Shown here piece by piece: positions 59,723-59,826 of a stretch of 59,826 bases of DNA; the first letter of the stretch is position 1; each line of letters begins with the position of its first letter. The translations under genes were made by a program, and so were the position numbers. The notes beneath the pieces were generated by a model. It ran no database searches and was not told where the DNA came from. It worked only from the letters and a program-made list of their open reading frames with translations. Source of the DNA: an archaeon (GTDB taxonomy: Archaea; EX4484-52; WAPT01); assembly GCA_029258795.1 (NCBI GenBank), contig JAPDKB010000016.1, positions 1 to 59,826 of the forward strand. The letters run 5' to 3'.

Positions 59723-59826
59723 TTAGAGAAGCCCCACTATCAGAAGAACCACCGCTAATATTGTTAAAACCAAAAGGGATTTTGTAAGGCCTTTTTTCTT
59801 CTCCTCCATTCCTTCCTGCACACCGG
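59723..59826 (-). CDS. 3' end of a membrane-protein gene running off the window, possibly type II/IV secretion F (TadC/ArlJ-like)
   Basis: Frame reads GVQEGMEEKKKGLTKSLLVLTILAVVLLIVGLL*. Confidence 0.4.
   Translation of the reverse strand, partial: GVQEGMEEKKKGLTKSLLVLTILAVVLLIVGLL

Noticed and set aside
1-59826. CRISPR array, cas genes, rRNA, IS elements, DGR or retron reverse transcriptase
   Set aside because: No regularly spaced repeats, long non-coding stretches or RT/transposase motifs were seen by eye; short dispersed repeats could have been missed

Overview
Gene-dense archaeal chromosome segment. It looks like a thermophilic DPANN-type lineage, possibly Aenigmatarchaeota-like. This is inferred from TBP, MCM, Topo VI, GatDE, aIF-1A/aIF-2beta, GC-rich tRNAs with encoded CCA, GGTGA-type ribosome-binding sites and KGQ-type prepilin-like genes; it is not a phylogenetic placement. 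Most of the window is housekeeping: gatE/gatD, dph6, tbp, mcm, RPA, nmd3, rio1, pno1/dim2, top6B/A, endA, glyS, trpS, pheS/T, leuS, minD, ftsZ, FKBP, cupin GPI, tRNA-Asn and tRNA-Phe. The notable parts are: (1) a signalling module at 1-2738 made of V4R, an ATPase-dead KaiC/RAD55 domain fused to an MglA-type small GTPase, a roadblock/MglB protein and an intact KaiC paralog; (2) five prepilin-like/secreted genes followed by a radical SAM gene; (3) two large surface-protein genes inserted between aIF-1A and rio1; (4) a UbiA/flippase/PigA-like glycolipid cluster; (5) a tRNA splicing endonuclease whose catalytic Lys appears replaced by Ala, with a Lys-rich insertion in the active-site loop; (6) an AT-rich island after pheT carrying a 1327-aa protein with a C-terminal PD-(D/E)xK-like nuclease domain. 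No CRISPR array, integrase, transposase, rRNA or intein was recognised. All assignments are by motif recognition only.
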